A stretch of DNA of 64,000 nt from Parvibaculaceae bacterium (GCA_965226465.1 OZ245362.1:112232-176231); one strand, 5' to 3'. Positions 8,330 to 21,142 are shown, counted from the first letter of the stretch. The notes: generated from the letters alone by a model not told the origin. A program made the numbers and translations.

Positions 8330-11300
8330 GGCTGCTTTTTTGGTGGTTTTTCTGCTTTTGGGGGGCGGGGTTCAGGCGGCGGCTGATTGGGAAAACCCTG
8401 AGATTATCGGGGTGAATAAGGAGCCTGCTCATGCGCATATTGAGCCTTTTGCGGATGGGGGGCGTGCATTGGAGCGGGGAAGCTCGGAGCGTATGCAGTC
8501 GCTGAATGGGAAGTGGCGGTTTCATTGGGTGGGGAAGCCTGCTGAGCGTCCTGTCCATTTTTATAAGACCAGCTATGATGTTAGCGATTGGGCGGAAATT
8601 GATGTGCCGGGCAATTGGCAGACGCAGGGGTTTGGCACGCCTATTTATACGAATATTACCTATCCTTTTTTGAGGGAAGAGCCTTATGTGACGAAGGAGC
8701 CGCCTGCTCTTTATACGGCGTATACGGATAGAAATCCTGTTGGGTCGTATAAGAAGCGGTTTATGGTGGAGCCTGCTTTGCGGGGGAAGGAGGTTTTTCT
8801 TAAATTTGAGGGGGTGAAGTCGGCTTTTTATCTTTGGGTGAATGGGGAGAAGGTTGGGTATAGTCAGGGGTCTATGACTCCTGCGGAGTTTCATATTACG
8901 GAGTTTTTGAAAGCGGGGGAAAATGAGATTGCGGTGGAGGTTTATCGCTGGTCGGATGGGAGCTATTTGGAAGACCAGGATATGTGGCGGTTGAGCGGGA
9001 TTTTTCGCGATGTCAATCTGATTGCGCGCCCGAAAAGTTATATTGAGGATTATCAGATTGCGACCACACTGCTTAACAATTATCGCAATGCGAAGCTGGC
9101 GGTGGCGGTGAAGCTTAGGAATTTGGGGGGCGGGGAGGTGAAGAGGCGGCTTATTCTTTCCTTGTTTTCGCCGGAGGGGAAGGTTTTGAAAAAAACGACG
9201 GCGAGTATTGCGCTTGCTCCGAAAAGCAGGGGTGAGGCTATGCTGAAGCTGTCGCTTAGAAATGTGAAGCTGTGGTCGGCGGAAAACCCGCATCTTTATC
9301 CGTTGCTTATTACGCTTGCTGATGAGAATAAAAAGCCGCTGGAGCATATTGCTTGGCGGCATGGAATGCGTGAGATTAAAATTGAGGATAGGCGGCTTTT
9401 TGTCAATGGGCAGTCCATAAAGATTAAGGGGATTAACCGCCATGAACATCACCCGCGCATGGGGCGGCATGTGGATGTGGAGACGATGCGGCTTGATTTG
9501 AAATTGCTGAAGCAGGGTAATTTTAATCTGGTGCGGCTCAGCCATTATCCTAATGACCCGAAATGGTATGCGCTGGCGGATGAATATGGGATGTATCTGA
9601 TGGATGAAGCCAATCAGGAATCGCATGATTATCGGCGCACGCCGAAAGTTTTGGGCGATGCGCCGAAATGGCGAAAGGCTCATATTGACCGGGCGGTTTC
9701 TATGGTGCAACGGGCTAAAAATCATGCCTCCATTATTTTTTGGTCGCTGGGGAATGAGGGGGCGAAGGGGAAAAACTTTCATGCTATGAGGCGGGCGGTG
9801 CTTGCTATTGACGGCTCGCGTCCGATTTTTTCTGATACGGATCAGAGCGCATCCGATATGGTGGATGGGAACTATCCGAGCATAAAGAGCTTGGCGGGGT
9901 ATTTTAAGGAGGCGGAAGAGGCGGGAATGCCGCTTTTTATGCGGGAATATGCCCATGCTATGGGGAATAGTCTGGGCAATTTTAAGGAGCATTGGGACGC
10001 TATTTATGGCAATCCTCATCATCTGGGGGGGGCGATATGGGATTGGGTTGACCAGGGGCTGGCGCGGGTGAAAAATACGGCGATGGTTAGCTATGGGGAT
10101 AATCCGACAAGGCTTTCCTTAGACCATGAGCGGGAAGTTTGGGCGTATGGGGGGGATTTTAATGATTTTCCTAATGATGGGGAGTTTTTGTTGAACGGGG
10201 TTGTCTCGCCTGATAGGAAGCCTTATCCGTCTTATTTTGAAGCCAAGAAGATTATGCAGAATATTCGCTTTGAGGAGGGGGGGGCGCCTAATCAGATTAT
10301 GGTTACCAATCTTTTTGATTTTACTAATCTGAGCCGTTTTACTCTGAAATGGAAGCTGTTGCAGGAGGGGAAAATAGTAGAGGAGGGAAGCTTGCCGCTT
10401 GCGCTTGCGCCCAAGCAGAGCATTGGGGTTCGGGTGCCATATAGCCTTTCGCGGGTGAGCGAGGGGCGGGAGGCTCAGCTGGTTTTATCGGCGCATTTGC
10501 GCGAAGACACAAAATGGGCGGATAGGGGATATGAGATTGCTAATGCCGAATTTTTGGTGCGTCCTTTTTCTTATGCGGGTGCGGTTGAGGCTGGTGGCAA
10601 GAAGCTCCGTGTAAAGAGGGAAGACGGCTCTATCATTATTCATGGGGGGAAGTTTAGTTTTGTCTTTGATGCGGAAGGGGGGGTTTTGCGGCAAGTCATG
10701 GAGGGGAAGCGGGAGCTACTTGCACAACCGCTTGAGCCTTATTTTTGGAAGCCTGCGAATAATAATCAGACGCGTAATAAATATGGCGAGCGGTTTATTC
10801 GCTGGCTGGAGGCGGGTGCGCTGAGAAAGGTGCGGAAGGTGAGCCTTATTGAGCATGCACCGAACCTTGTGGAGATTGTCGCTTTCATGACACTGCCCGT
10901 TAATGATGCCGATTATGTGCTTCGCTATCGGGTGAATGGTAAGGGGGAGATTGCGGTGGCGGCGGAATATAAGCCGCAAGGGGGTGGGGTGAAATATATG
11001 CCGAAATTTGGCATGCGGCTTGCGCTGAACCCTTCGCTTTCGGATATAAAATGGTATGGCAGGGGTCCGTTTGAGAACTATCCTGATAGGAAGCATGCGG
11101 CACTTATTGGGGAATATGAAAGTTCGCTTTCTGGGTTTCAGGTGCCTTATATTTCTGCTCAGGATAGTACCAATCGGTCTGATGTGCGGTGGTTTTCTTT
11201 TGGTGACCGTAAGAATACAATTACAATTATTGGGGCACAGCCGCTTAATTTTCGTGCGTGGTCCTATCTGGAAAAAGATATTATTTCGCCGCCTAATATG

Positions 11301-11510
11301 ATGAGGAGGGCGAAACAAAAACGAGATATTGGGGCGGCGTGGCGCAAGCATTATTATGATTTGCCCAAGCGCGCACTTATTAATGTCAATATTGACCTCG
11401 CTATTCATGGGGTGGGGGGTGATAATAGTTGGGGGGCGCGCACCATGTTGAAATATCATGTGCCTGCCGATAAACCGCTCCATTATGGCTTTACGATGCG
11501 CTTTGAATAA
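8307..11510 (+). CDS. glycoside hydrolase family 2 beta-galactosidase (LacZ-like), exported
   Basis: [31 protein letters not shown] and GGAIWDWVDQ strings matching LacZ catalytic regions. Signal peptide MFGFIKNKAAFLVVFLLLGGGVQA, with gagg located 6 nt upstream of ATG 8307. Confidence 0.85.
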   Translation: MFGFIKNKAAFLVVFLLLGGGVQAAADWENPEIIGVNKEPAHAHIEPFADGGRALERGSSERMQSLNGKWRFHWVGKPAERPVHFYKTSYDVSDWAEIDVPGNWQTQGFGTPIYTNITYPFLREEPYVTKEPPALYTAYTDRNPVGSYKKRFMVEPALRGKEVFLKFEGVKSAFYLWVNGEKVGYSQGSMTPAEFHITEFLKAGENEIAVEVYRWSDGSYLEDQDMWRLSGIFRDVNLIARPKSYIEDYQIATTLLNNYRNAKLAVAVKLRNLGGGEVKRRLILSLFSPEGKVLKKTTASIALAPKSRGEAMLKLSLRNVKLWSAENPHLYPLLITLADENKKPLEHIAWRHGMREIKIEDRRLFVNGQSIKIKGINRHEHHPRMGRHVDVETMRLDLKLLKQGNFNLVRLSHYPNDPKWYALADEYGMYLMDEANQESHDYRRTPKVLGDAPKWRKAHIDRAVSMVQRAKNHASIIFWSLGNEGAKGKNFHAMRRAVLAIDGSRPIFSDTDQSASDMVDGNYPSIKSLAGYFKEAEEAGMPLFMREYAHAMGNSLGNFKEHWDAIYGNPHHLGGAIWDWVDQGLARVKNTAMVSYGDNPTRLSLDHEREVWAYGGDFNDFPNDGEFLLNGVVSPDRKPYPSYFEAKKIMQNIRFEEGGAPNQIMVTNLFDFTNLSRFTLKWKLLQEGKIVEEGSLPLALAPKQSIGVRVPYSLSRVSEGREAQLVLSAHLREDTKWADRGYEIANAEFLVRPFSYAGAVEAGGKKLRVKREDGSIIIHGGKFSFVFDAEGGVLRQVMEGKRELLAQPLEPYFWKPANNNQTRNKYGERFIRWLEAGALRKVRKVSLIEHAPNLVEIVAFMTLPVNDADYVLRYRVNGKGEIAVAAEYKPQGGGVKYMPKFGMRLALNPSLSDIKWYGRGPFENYPDRKHAALIGEYESSLSGFQVPYISAQDSTNRSDVRWFSFGDRKNTITIIGAQPLNFRAWSYLEKDIISPPNMMRRAKQKRDIGAAWRKHYYDLPKRALINVNIDLAIHGVGGDNSWGARTMLKYHVPADKPLHYGFTMRFE

Positions 11511-11556
11511 GGGCTTGCGGTGGGGGGGGAAAGGTATAAAATAGGGGGTCTGTTGA

Positions 11557-14712
<3,156 letters not shown>

Positions 14713-14713
14713 C

Positions 14714-16120
14714 ATGAAAACCATTATTCATATTTTGCTTGTCGGGGTCATTGCTCTTTTTGCGGTGTCTGAGGTGCAAGCCAAGCGCAAAAAGCCTAAT
14801 CTTGTCCTTATACTGACGGATGACCAAGGCTATGCCGATGTTGGGTTTAATGGTAGCACCGAGATTAAGACGCCTAATATTGACCGTATTGCTTATGAGG
14901 GGGTGCGCTTTGATAGCGGATATGTGTCTTTTCCTGTCTGTGGTCCAAGTCGGGCGGGGCTTTTGACGGGGAGATATCAGGATAGGTTTGGCTTTATTCT
15001 GAACCCAAGCCCTGACCCTAAGGATAAAAAGGGGGGGCTTCCTAAGAGTGAGAAAAATATCGCTGAGGTGCTGAAGCCTGCGGGATATCGGAGCGCAATT
15101 TTGGGGAAATGGCATATGGGCTCGCACCCTATTTTTCATCCCAATCGGCGGGGCTTTGATTATTTCTTTGGGTTTCTGACCGGTGGGCATAAATATTTTC
15201 CTCATGCGCTGAAATATAATTCTGTGGAGGAGACGCTGCAAAAATGGGATTGGTATTCAACCAGAATCCTCAGAAATAATAAGCGGATTGATATTGACGA
15301 ATATCTTACCGATGAGATTTCCAATGAGGCGGTCGCCTTCATTAAGAGGGAAAAGAAAAAGCCCTTTTTTCTTTATGTCGCCTATAACGCTCCGCATGGA
15401 CCTTTGCAGGCAACGGAGAAATATCTCAAGCGATATAGCCATATTAAAAATAAGAAGCGGCGCACCTATGCCGCTATGGTGAGCGCCGTTGATGATGGGG
15501 TCGGGCGCATACTGGATGTGCTGGAAGAGGAGGGGCTGGATGAGGATACGATTGTGGTTTTCCTGTCTGATAATGGCGGTCCTGTTAAGAAAAATGCGTC
15601 CAATAATGGGGTATTGCGGGAGGGGAAAAGTAGCCCCTTTGAGGGTGGTATCAGAGTGCCTTTTGCGATGCGCTGGAAGGGGGTTATTCCAGCCGGCATG
15701 GATTATAAAGAGCCTGTTATTTCGCTGGATATTCTTGCTACCATTGTCGGGGAGGCTAAGGTCAGTATGCGGAGGAATAAAAAGCTGGATGGGGTCAATC
15801 TTGTTCCCTATTTGACGGGCAAGAAGAAAGGCTCGCCCCATGATATTTTATTTTGGAGGGGGTGGCGCAAGCAATTTAGCGTCGCCAGAATGGGGGAGGA
15901 TAAGATTGTCAATGTGAAGAAAAAACCCATGCTCTATAATTTGGAGGAGGATATTTCCGAAAAAAATGACCTCTATTGGCGGGATAAAAAAACCTATAAA
16001 GCCCTTAATGAAAAGCTGGATGAGTGGAAAAAGGACTTCTCGCCGCCTGCTTTTCAGGGGCTTTTGGGCTGGAAGGCTGAGAATAAAAAGAGGGGCAATA
16101 GGAATAAAGATAATGAGTAA
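14714..16120 (+). CDS. exported sulfatase (arylsulfatase family)
   Basis: Signal peptide, LILTDDQGYADVG, active site CGPSRAGLLTGRY, GKWHMG, FLSDNGG. ATG 14714 lies 2 nt after the upstream stop. The track start at 14525 is an overlap artefact. Confidence 0.85.
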   Translation: MKTIIHILLVGVIALFAVSEVQAKRKKPNLVLILTDDQGYADVGFNGSTEIKTPNIDRIAYEGVRFDSGYVSFPVCGPSRAGLLTGRYQDRFGFILNPSPDPKDKKGGLPKSEKNIAEVLKPAGYRSAILGKWHMGSHPIFHPNRRGFDYFFGFLTGGHKYFPHALKYNSVEETLQKWDWYSTRILRNNKRIDIDEYLTDEISNEAVAFIKREKKKPFFLYVAYNAPHGPLQATEKYLKRYSHIKNKKRRTYAAMVSAVDDGVGRILDVLEEEGLDEDTIVVFLSDNGGPVKKNASNNGVLREGKSSPFEGGIRVPFAMRWKGVIPAGMDYKEPVISLDILATIVGEAKVSMRRNKKLDGVNLVPYLTGKKKGSPHDILFWRGWRKQFSVARMGEDKIVNVKKKPMLYNLEEDISEKNDLYWRDKKTYKALNEKLDEWKKDFSPPAFQGLLGWKAENKKRGNRNKDNE

Positions 16121-16187
16121 AAGAGGTGTTCGCTTGACGGCAAAGGATTATCGGGTTAGCTTTATGAATAGAACTTCTGGGGGGAAA

Positions 16188-17594
16188 ATGAAATTTTTTA
16201 TCCATATTTTGCTTGTCGGGGCAATTGCCCTTTTTGCGGTGTCTGATGCTTCTGCCAAGCGCAAAAAGCCTAATCTTATTCTTATACTGACCGATGACCA
16301 AGGCTATGCCGATGTCGGGTTTAATGGCAGCACGGAGATTAAAACGCCCAATATTGACCGTATCGCTTATGAGGGGGCACGTTTTGATAGCGGATATGTG
16401 TCTTTTCCTGTCTGTGGTCCGAGCCGTGCGGGGCTTTTGACGGGGAGATATCAGGATAGGTTTGGCTTTATTCTGAACCCTTCTATTAATCCTGCTGACA
16501 AAGCGGGGCTTCCCAAAAGTGAGAAAAATATTGCTGAGGTGCTGAAGCCTGCGGGATATCGCACGGCTATTCTTGGGAAATGGCATATGGGGACGCATCC
16601 TGTTTTTCATCCTAATCGTCGGGGCTTTGATTATTTTTGGGGTTTTCTTTCGGGCGGGCATAGATATTTTCCCCATGAGCTGACATTGAACTCTCTTGAT
16701 GAGGTGGAAAGAGCTTGGCAATGGTATAGCACGCGAATCTTGCGAAATAATAAGCGGATTGATATTGACGAATATCTGACTGATGAGATTTCCAATGAGG
16801 CGGTCGCTTTCATTAAGAGGGAAAAGAAAAAGCCCTTCTTTCTTTATGTCGCCTATAATGCGCCCCATGCGCCTTTGCAGGCTACGGAGAAATATCTCAA
16901 GCGATTTAGTCATGTTGAGAATAAGAGGCGCAGAACCTATCTCGCTATGGTGAGTGCGGTTGATGATGGGGTCGGGCGCATTTTGGACACGTTGGAAGAG
17001 GAGGGGCTGGATGAGGATACGATTGTGGTTTTCCTTTCCGATAATGGCGGGGCGTTGAAGAAAAATGCTTCCGATAATGGCATATTGCGGGACGGCAAGG
17101 GTAGTCCCTTTGAGGGCGGTATCAGGGTGCCTTTTGCGATGCGCTGGAAGGGGGTTATTCCCGCTGGCTTGGATTATAAGCCTGCCGTTATTTCGCTTGA
17201 TATTCTTGCTACCATTGTCGGTGAGGCTAAGGTCAGTATGCGGAGGAATAAGAAGCTGGATGGGGTCAATCTCATTCCCTATCTGACGGGGAAGAAAAGG
17301 GGCGAGCCTCATGATATTTTATTCTGGCGGGGCTGGAATAGGAAATATACCGTTGCTAGGGCGGGGGGGGATAAGATTATTACCGCCAAGAAAACGCCTA
17401 TGCTTTATAATTTGGAGGAGGATATTTCCGAAAAAAATAATCTCTATCGGAAGAATAAAAAGCGTTATGAAAGCCTCAATGCAAAAGTGGAGGAGTGGAA
17501 AGAGGATTTCTCGCCGCCTATTTTTACCGGTCTTGGGGAATGGACGGGCAATAATAATAATAAAAAAAATAACAAGAAAAAGAAAAGGAGATGA
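16188..17594 (+). CDS. exported sulfatase, tandem paralogue of 14714-16120
   Basis: Most positions are identical by eye to the preceding sulfatase, with the same motifs. C-terminal tail NNNNKKNNKKKKRR. Start at ATG 16188 with ggggggaaa upstream. Confidence 0.85.
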   Translation: MKFFIHILLVGAIALFAVSDASAKRKKPNLILILTDDQGYADVGFNGSTEIKTPNIDRIAYEGARFDSGYVSFPVCGPSRAGLLTGRYQDRFGFILNPSINPADKAGLPKSEKNIAEVLKPAGYRTAILGKWHMGTHPVFHPNRRGFDYFWGFLSGGHRYFPHELTLNSLDEVERAWQWYSTRILRNNKRIDIDEYLTDEISNEAVAFIKREKKKPFFLYVAYNAPHAPLQATEKYLKRFSHVENKRRRTYLAMVSAVDDGVGRILDTLEEEGLDEDTIVVFLSDNGGALKKNASDNGILRDGKGSPFEGGIRVPFAMRWKGVIPAGLDYKPAVISLDILATIVGEAKVSMRRNKKLDGVNLIPYLTGKKRGEPHDILFWRGWNRKYTVARAGGDKIITAKKTPMLYNLEEDISEKNNLYRKNKKRYESLNAKVEEWKEDFSPPIFTGLGEWTGNNNNKKNNKKKKRR

Positions 17595-19144
17595 GTATGA
17601 TGCCGTTTGTTTTCAGAACTCTCGCTATTGCTCTCCTCTTGCCGTTGGTTTTTGCTTGCAAGGAGGAGGGCAAACCCATGCATGGCATGGGTAAGAAGCC
17701 CAATGTGGTTATTTTTTATATTGATGATTTGGGTTATGGTGACCTCGGCTCTTATGGTGCAAAGGGGGTTAAAACGCCCGAAATTGACCGCATTGCTAAG
17801 AAGGGTGTGCGCTTTACGGACGCTCATAGCTCGGCGGCTACCTGCACGCCAAGCCGATATTCCTTATTGACCGGCGAGCATGGCTTTCGTAGCAAAGCGG
17901 CTATTCTGCCGGGTGATGCGCCCGCTCTTATCCGTCCGGGCAAGCCGACATTGGCAACGCTTTTCAAAAAGGCGGGCTATCAAACTGCCGTCGTCGGCAA
18001 ATGGCATTTGGGGCTGGGCAATGGCAATGTCAATTGGAATAAGAAAGTCGCACCCGGTCCCTTGGAGATAGGGTTTGATTATAGTTTTCTGCTTCCTGCT
18101 ACGGGGGATAGGGTGCCGACGGTTTATCTGGATGGTCACCATGTGGTGAGCCTTGATAGGAAAGATCCGATTAAGGTTAGTTATCGGGGTAAGGTGGGCA
18201 AGCGTCCTACCGGTTTGGAGCGTCCTGACCTGCTGCGGGTCAAGGCGGATAAGCAACATAGTCAGACGATTATTAATGGTGTCAGTCGCATTGGCACGAT
18301 GGGTGGCGGTGAGAGTGCGCTGTGGGTGGATGAGGATTTCCCCGATATTTTTACCGAAAAAGCCGTGCAGTTTATGCGTGAAAATAAGGATAAGCCTTTT
18401 TTCCTTTTTCATTCCTATCATGATATTCATGTGCCGCGCTTGCCCCATCCGCGCTTTGAGGGGAAGTCCCGCATGGGTCCAAGGGGGGATGCGATTGTGC
18501 AGATGGATTGGATGACCGGTCAGATTATTCGTGAGCTGGAAAAGCTTGGGATTGCGGATAATACGCTTATTATTTTTACGAGCGATAATGGTCCTGTGCT
18601 GAATGATGGCTATGAGGATGAGGCGGTGGAGAAGCTTGGGAAGCATAAGCCTTGGGGTCCGTTTCGGGGGGGGAAATATAGTGCTTATGAGGCGGGAACC
18701 AGGGTGCCGACGATTGTGTATTGGCCCGGAACCATAAAGCCCAAAACCAGCAAGGTGCTGTTTTCGCAGATTGATATTTATGCATCGCTCGCCAAGCTTA
18801 TCGGCATTGAGCTTGAGGATGGCGAGGCGATGGATAGCATGGAGGTGCTGGATGTTATGCTCGGCAAAAAAGGGCGCGAGCGCAGGGAGCTTTTGGAGGA
18901 ATCGGTTGCGACCAATGCGCTCAGAGACGGCAAGTGGAAGTTTATTCCGATAACGCCTTCCAAGCGTAATCATGAGTTTCTGAAAAGGAAAAATATTGAG
19001 GGCGGCTTTAAGCCCTATCCGCAATTATATAATCTGGATAAGGATATTGGCGAGCGCAATAATCTCGCCGAGCAACACCCTGAGCGTGTTAAAGCTATGG
19101 CGGCGCGCATTAAGGATATTGTTAAAAATGGCTACTCCCGCTAG
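17591..19144 (+). CDS. sulfatase, probable lipoprotein
   Basis: Lipobox LVFAC. IFYIDDLGYGDLG, active site CTPSRYSLLTG, GKWHLG, FTSDNGP. ATGA overlap with the upstream stop. Confidence 0.85.
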   Translation: MSMMPFVFRTLAIALLLPLVFACKEEGKPMHGMGKKPNVVIFYIDDLGYGDLGSYGAKGVKTPEIDRIAKKGVRFTDAHSSAATCTPSRYSLLTGEHGFRSKAAILPGDAPALIRPGKPTLATLFKKAGYQTAVVGKWHLGLGNGNVNWNKKVAPGPLEIGFDYSFLLPATGDRVPTVYLDGHHVVSLDRKDPIKVSYRGKVGKRPTGLERPDLLRVKADKQHSQTIINGVSRIGTMGGGESALWVDEDFPDIFTEKAVQFMRENKDKPFFLFHSYHDIHVPRLPHPRFEGKSRMGPRGDAIVQMDWMTGQIIRELEKLGIADNTLIIFTSDNGPVLNDGYEDEAVEKLGKHKPWGPFRGGKYSAYEAGTRVPTIVYWPGTIKPKTSKVLFSQIDIYASLAKLIGIELEDGEAMDSMEVLDVMLGKKGRERRELLEESVATNALRDGKWKFIPITPSKRNHEFLKRKNIEGGFKPYPQLYNLDKDIGERNNLAEQHPERVKAMAARIKDIVKNGYSR

Positions 19145-19389
19145 TGGGTGGGGGTGGATTTTTTATTTGGTAAAATGGAATCCTTTAAGCGGTCTTCAAA
19201 GAGTTTGGTCATTTCATGTAATACTTTTTCATAAATATCATCCCAAAAATTGGAAACAAAGCTATCCTTGCCTCTGTTCGCTTTATAGGTAAAAACCATA
19301 AGGGGAACCATACCAGTTTTGATAAACTCCGAAGCGAGCCAGTCTTTAAGTTCTTTATTGGTAAGCATTTTTTTCATTTCATCTGTCAT
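19141..19389 (-). CDS. hypothetical small protein (82 aa)
   Basis: ATG at 19389 is preceded by aggaga with 5-nt spacing. AT-rich. Its stop overlaps the sulfatase stop (CTAG). The upstream part of track ORF 19141-19866 runs through structured and repeat DNA and is not credible. Confidence 0.45.
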   Translation of the reverse strand: MTDEMKKMLTNKELKDWLASEFIKTGMVPLMVFTYKANRGKDSFVSNFWDDIYEKVLHEMTKLFEDRLKDSILPNKKSTPTH

Positions 19390-19394
19390 TTCAT

Positions 19395-19640
19395 TCTCCT
19401 GTGTTGTTTTTAACGAAACGACACCAATGTCAAAACATTGGTGTCGGGGCGTTAAGAAGCCAGACAAAAGAATGGCTGCGGTGCTTTTACCGCAGGCGGC
19501 TATTTTATAACACCGCCACCCCAACTCTTGTTGAAGTGGCTTGTTTTGGGTGGTGCCATACCACCACTTTTGTCTGGGGTTCTTAAACCCCGAAACTGGA
19601 ATACCCAGTTCTGCCAATAATCTAGCACATAAGAAAATGA
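19395..19640 (-). ncRNA. candidate structured 5' leader / cis-regulatory RNA upstream of the 82-aa ORF
   Basis: An 11-bp long-range pairing (19460-19470 ccagacaaaag / 19567-19577 cttttgtctgg) encloses three local hairpins. Two further hairpins lie at 19576-19612. An 11-bp perfect hairpin at 19419-19446 is followed on the minus strand by tttcgtt, then the RBS. No known riboswitch consensus recognised. Confidence 0.3.
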
Positions 19641-19706
19641 AAATACAAAAAGAAAAAGCGGTGGCTTCATTTATAGCGCCCGCCTTTGGCGGGCTTCCCC
19701 GCCCAC

Positions 19707-19878
19707 ACCCCCCTAACCCCCCTTCGCTCGGAACACTTCGTGTTCCTGCGCGCAAAAAGCTAGACCCCAGCAAAGCTGGGGAGCTTTTTTCACCCTTTTT
19801 TAATAGGCATGTAATGCCTATTAAAAAATAGGGGGGGATAAGGAGTGCGCCCTGAGGGGGGCGCATTTTTTATTTTTT
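19707..19878. repeat. mosaic multi-hairpin intergenic repeat, copy B (full)
   Basis: Near-identical to copy A over about 170 nt. The few substitutions fall mostly in loops or spacers (cctgacc/cctaacc, cactttgtg/cacttcgtg). Confidence 0.85.
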
Positions 19879-20232
19879 GCGGAGGAGGTGGGGGAGGGTT
19901 AGGGCGTCTTTTAGCCAGAATAGGCGGATAGCTAAGAAGGGGAGGGCTATGGTGATGCCGAGGATTGTGGTGCCTAGGGGGGTGAAGGGGTTGACGGTGC
20001 CGCCGGTGTAGAGGATGAAGCCCATTATGGCTAGGAGCTCGGGGGCGAGGAGTAGTAGTAGGAGGTAGTAGGGGTGGAGTCCGGGCATGATGCCTAGTTG
20101 GAGGCATAGGAGGGTGAAGGTGGCGGTGAAGTATAGGAGGGCGCCTTTTTTGTCGCCGGTGTAGAGGCGGTGGGCGCCGAAGCGGCCTAGAAATAGCCAG
20201 AGGAGATAGGCGGTTATTGTTCGTTTTATCAT
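19870..20232 (-). CDS. TM2-domain membrane protein
   Basis: AYLLWLFLGRFGAHRLYTGD matches the TM2 signature, and several TM helices follow. The start is uncertain: ATG 20232 gives the usual short N-terminus, while the track start at 20331 adds a P-rich extension. Confidence 0.65.
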   Translation of the reverse strand: MIKRTITAYLLWLFLGRFGAHRLYTGDKKGALLYFTATFTLLCLQLGIMPGLHPYYLLLLLLAPELLAIMGFILYTGGTVNPFTPLGTTILGITIALPFLAIRLFWLKDALTLPHLLRKK

Positions 20233-20282
20233 GGGGGTATTTTGCGCCTTTTTGGGGGGGGTTGGCAAGGGGGGGATAGGGC

Positions 20283-20310
20283 TTGACATTGGGGAGTTTC
20301 CGTTTATAAA
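20283..20310 (+). promoter_or_regulatory. candidate sigma70 promoter for the 23S-5S-tRNA unit
   Basis: TTGACA (20283-20288), 16-nt spacer, TATAAA (20305-20310). About 360 nt upstream of the mature 23S 5' end. Confidence 0.35.
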
Positions 20311-20649
20311 AGCCCAACACAATCCTTCCATCTTCGCTTATCGTGCAAAATGTGAAAGGGTGTGGGTTGCGTGAAATTTGGCAAAATATGCTGAAAACCG
20401 CGTAACATGCTGTTTGATATTGTGAAGAAGAGTGATATGCCTGGACTTCTTGTCCGCATGTAAGCCTATCAACTTATGTGCATATATTTATATATACCTA
20501 TATTTATATATAAAAGACTTGTAATGGGTGCCTGTTCCAAATAGGTGCCGAGCAAACCCACGCTTTTTGGGTATATCCAATTAAGGTCATCCGCTTATGT
20601 GAGAATAAGCGGATAATAATCGTAATCATTGCATCATTTCTATCCAAGA

Positions 20650-20670
20650 AATGGGCGGTGATAATGAGAA
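20650..20670 (+). other. 23S leader half of the precursor processing stem
   Basis: aatgggcggtgataatgagaa is complementary at 19 of 21 positions to the trailer at 24096-24116. Confidence 0.6.
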
Positions 20671-21096
20671 TAATCAAGCGTTTAAGAGCATTTGGTGAAT
20701 GCCTTGGCGTTGAGAGGCGATGAAGGACGTGGCACGCTGCGATAAGCTACGGGGAGTTGTGAGCAAACTCTGATCCGTAGATTTCCGAATGGGGAAACCC
20801 AGCCCTTCGGGGCTATCTTCTGCTGAATTAATAGGCAGAAGAGGCAAACCCGGGAAACTGAAACATCTAAGTACCCGGAGGAAAGGACATCAACCGAGAC
20901 TCCGTTAGTAGTGGCGAGCGAACGCGGACCAGGCCAATGCCTGTTATTTTGTAACCAGAAGGAGCTGGGAAGCTCCGCCAGAGTCGGTAATAGCCCGGTA
21001 TGGGTATGCAAAATAATAGGATCCGAGTAAGGCGGGACACGTGAAATCCTGTCTGAATATGGGGGGACCACCCTCCAAGCCTAAGTACTCCTCAAC

Positions 21097-21142
<46 letters not shown>

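Noticed and set aside
8175-10022. 615-aa minus-strand ORF antisense to the GH2 beta-galactosidase. Similar long antisense or alternative-frame ORFs occur at 10716-11618, 12295-12996, 13009-13587, 16005-17312, 17864-19024, 29038-29790, 30238-30873, 45121-45996, 52923-53729 and 57425-58168.
   Set aside because: The translations are low-complexity and R/P/I/K/H-rich, with no recognisable motifs. Each lies opposite, or out of frame with, a gene that has strong family motifs. They are explained by the strand compositional bias, which depletes stop codons in those frames.
19395-19640. The structured region as a retron msr/msd ncRNA (flanking 11-nt inverted repeats), or as a purine or ZTP riboswitch (tatggcac and ccgcctg strings).
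   Set aside because: There is no reverse transcriptase gene nearby. The similarities to riboswitch consensus sequences are limited to short strings, and the remaining conserved cores are absent.
19390-19866. N-terminal 159 residues of track ORF 19141-19866 (241 aa).
   Set aside because: This part runs through the structured leader and repeat copy B. The same repeat yields the same pseudo-peptide (PPQGALLIPPYFLIG...) at 26784-27017. A good RBS plus ATG at 19389 defines a shorter gene.
19790-20320. 176-aa P/H/R-rich ORF in an alternative frame of the TM2-domain gene.
   Set aside because: The overlapping frame 19870-20232 carries the TM2 signature. The alternative frame is low-complexity.
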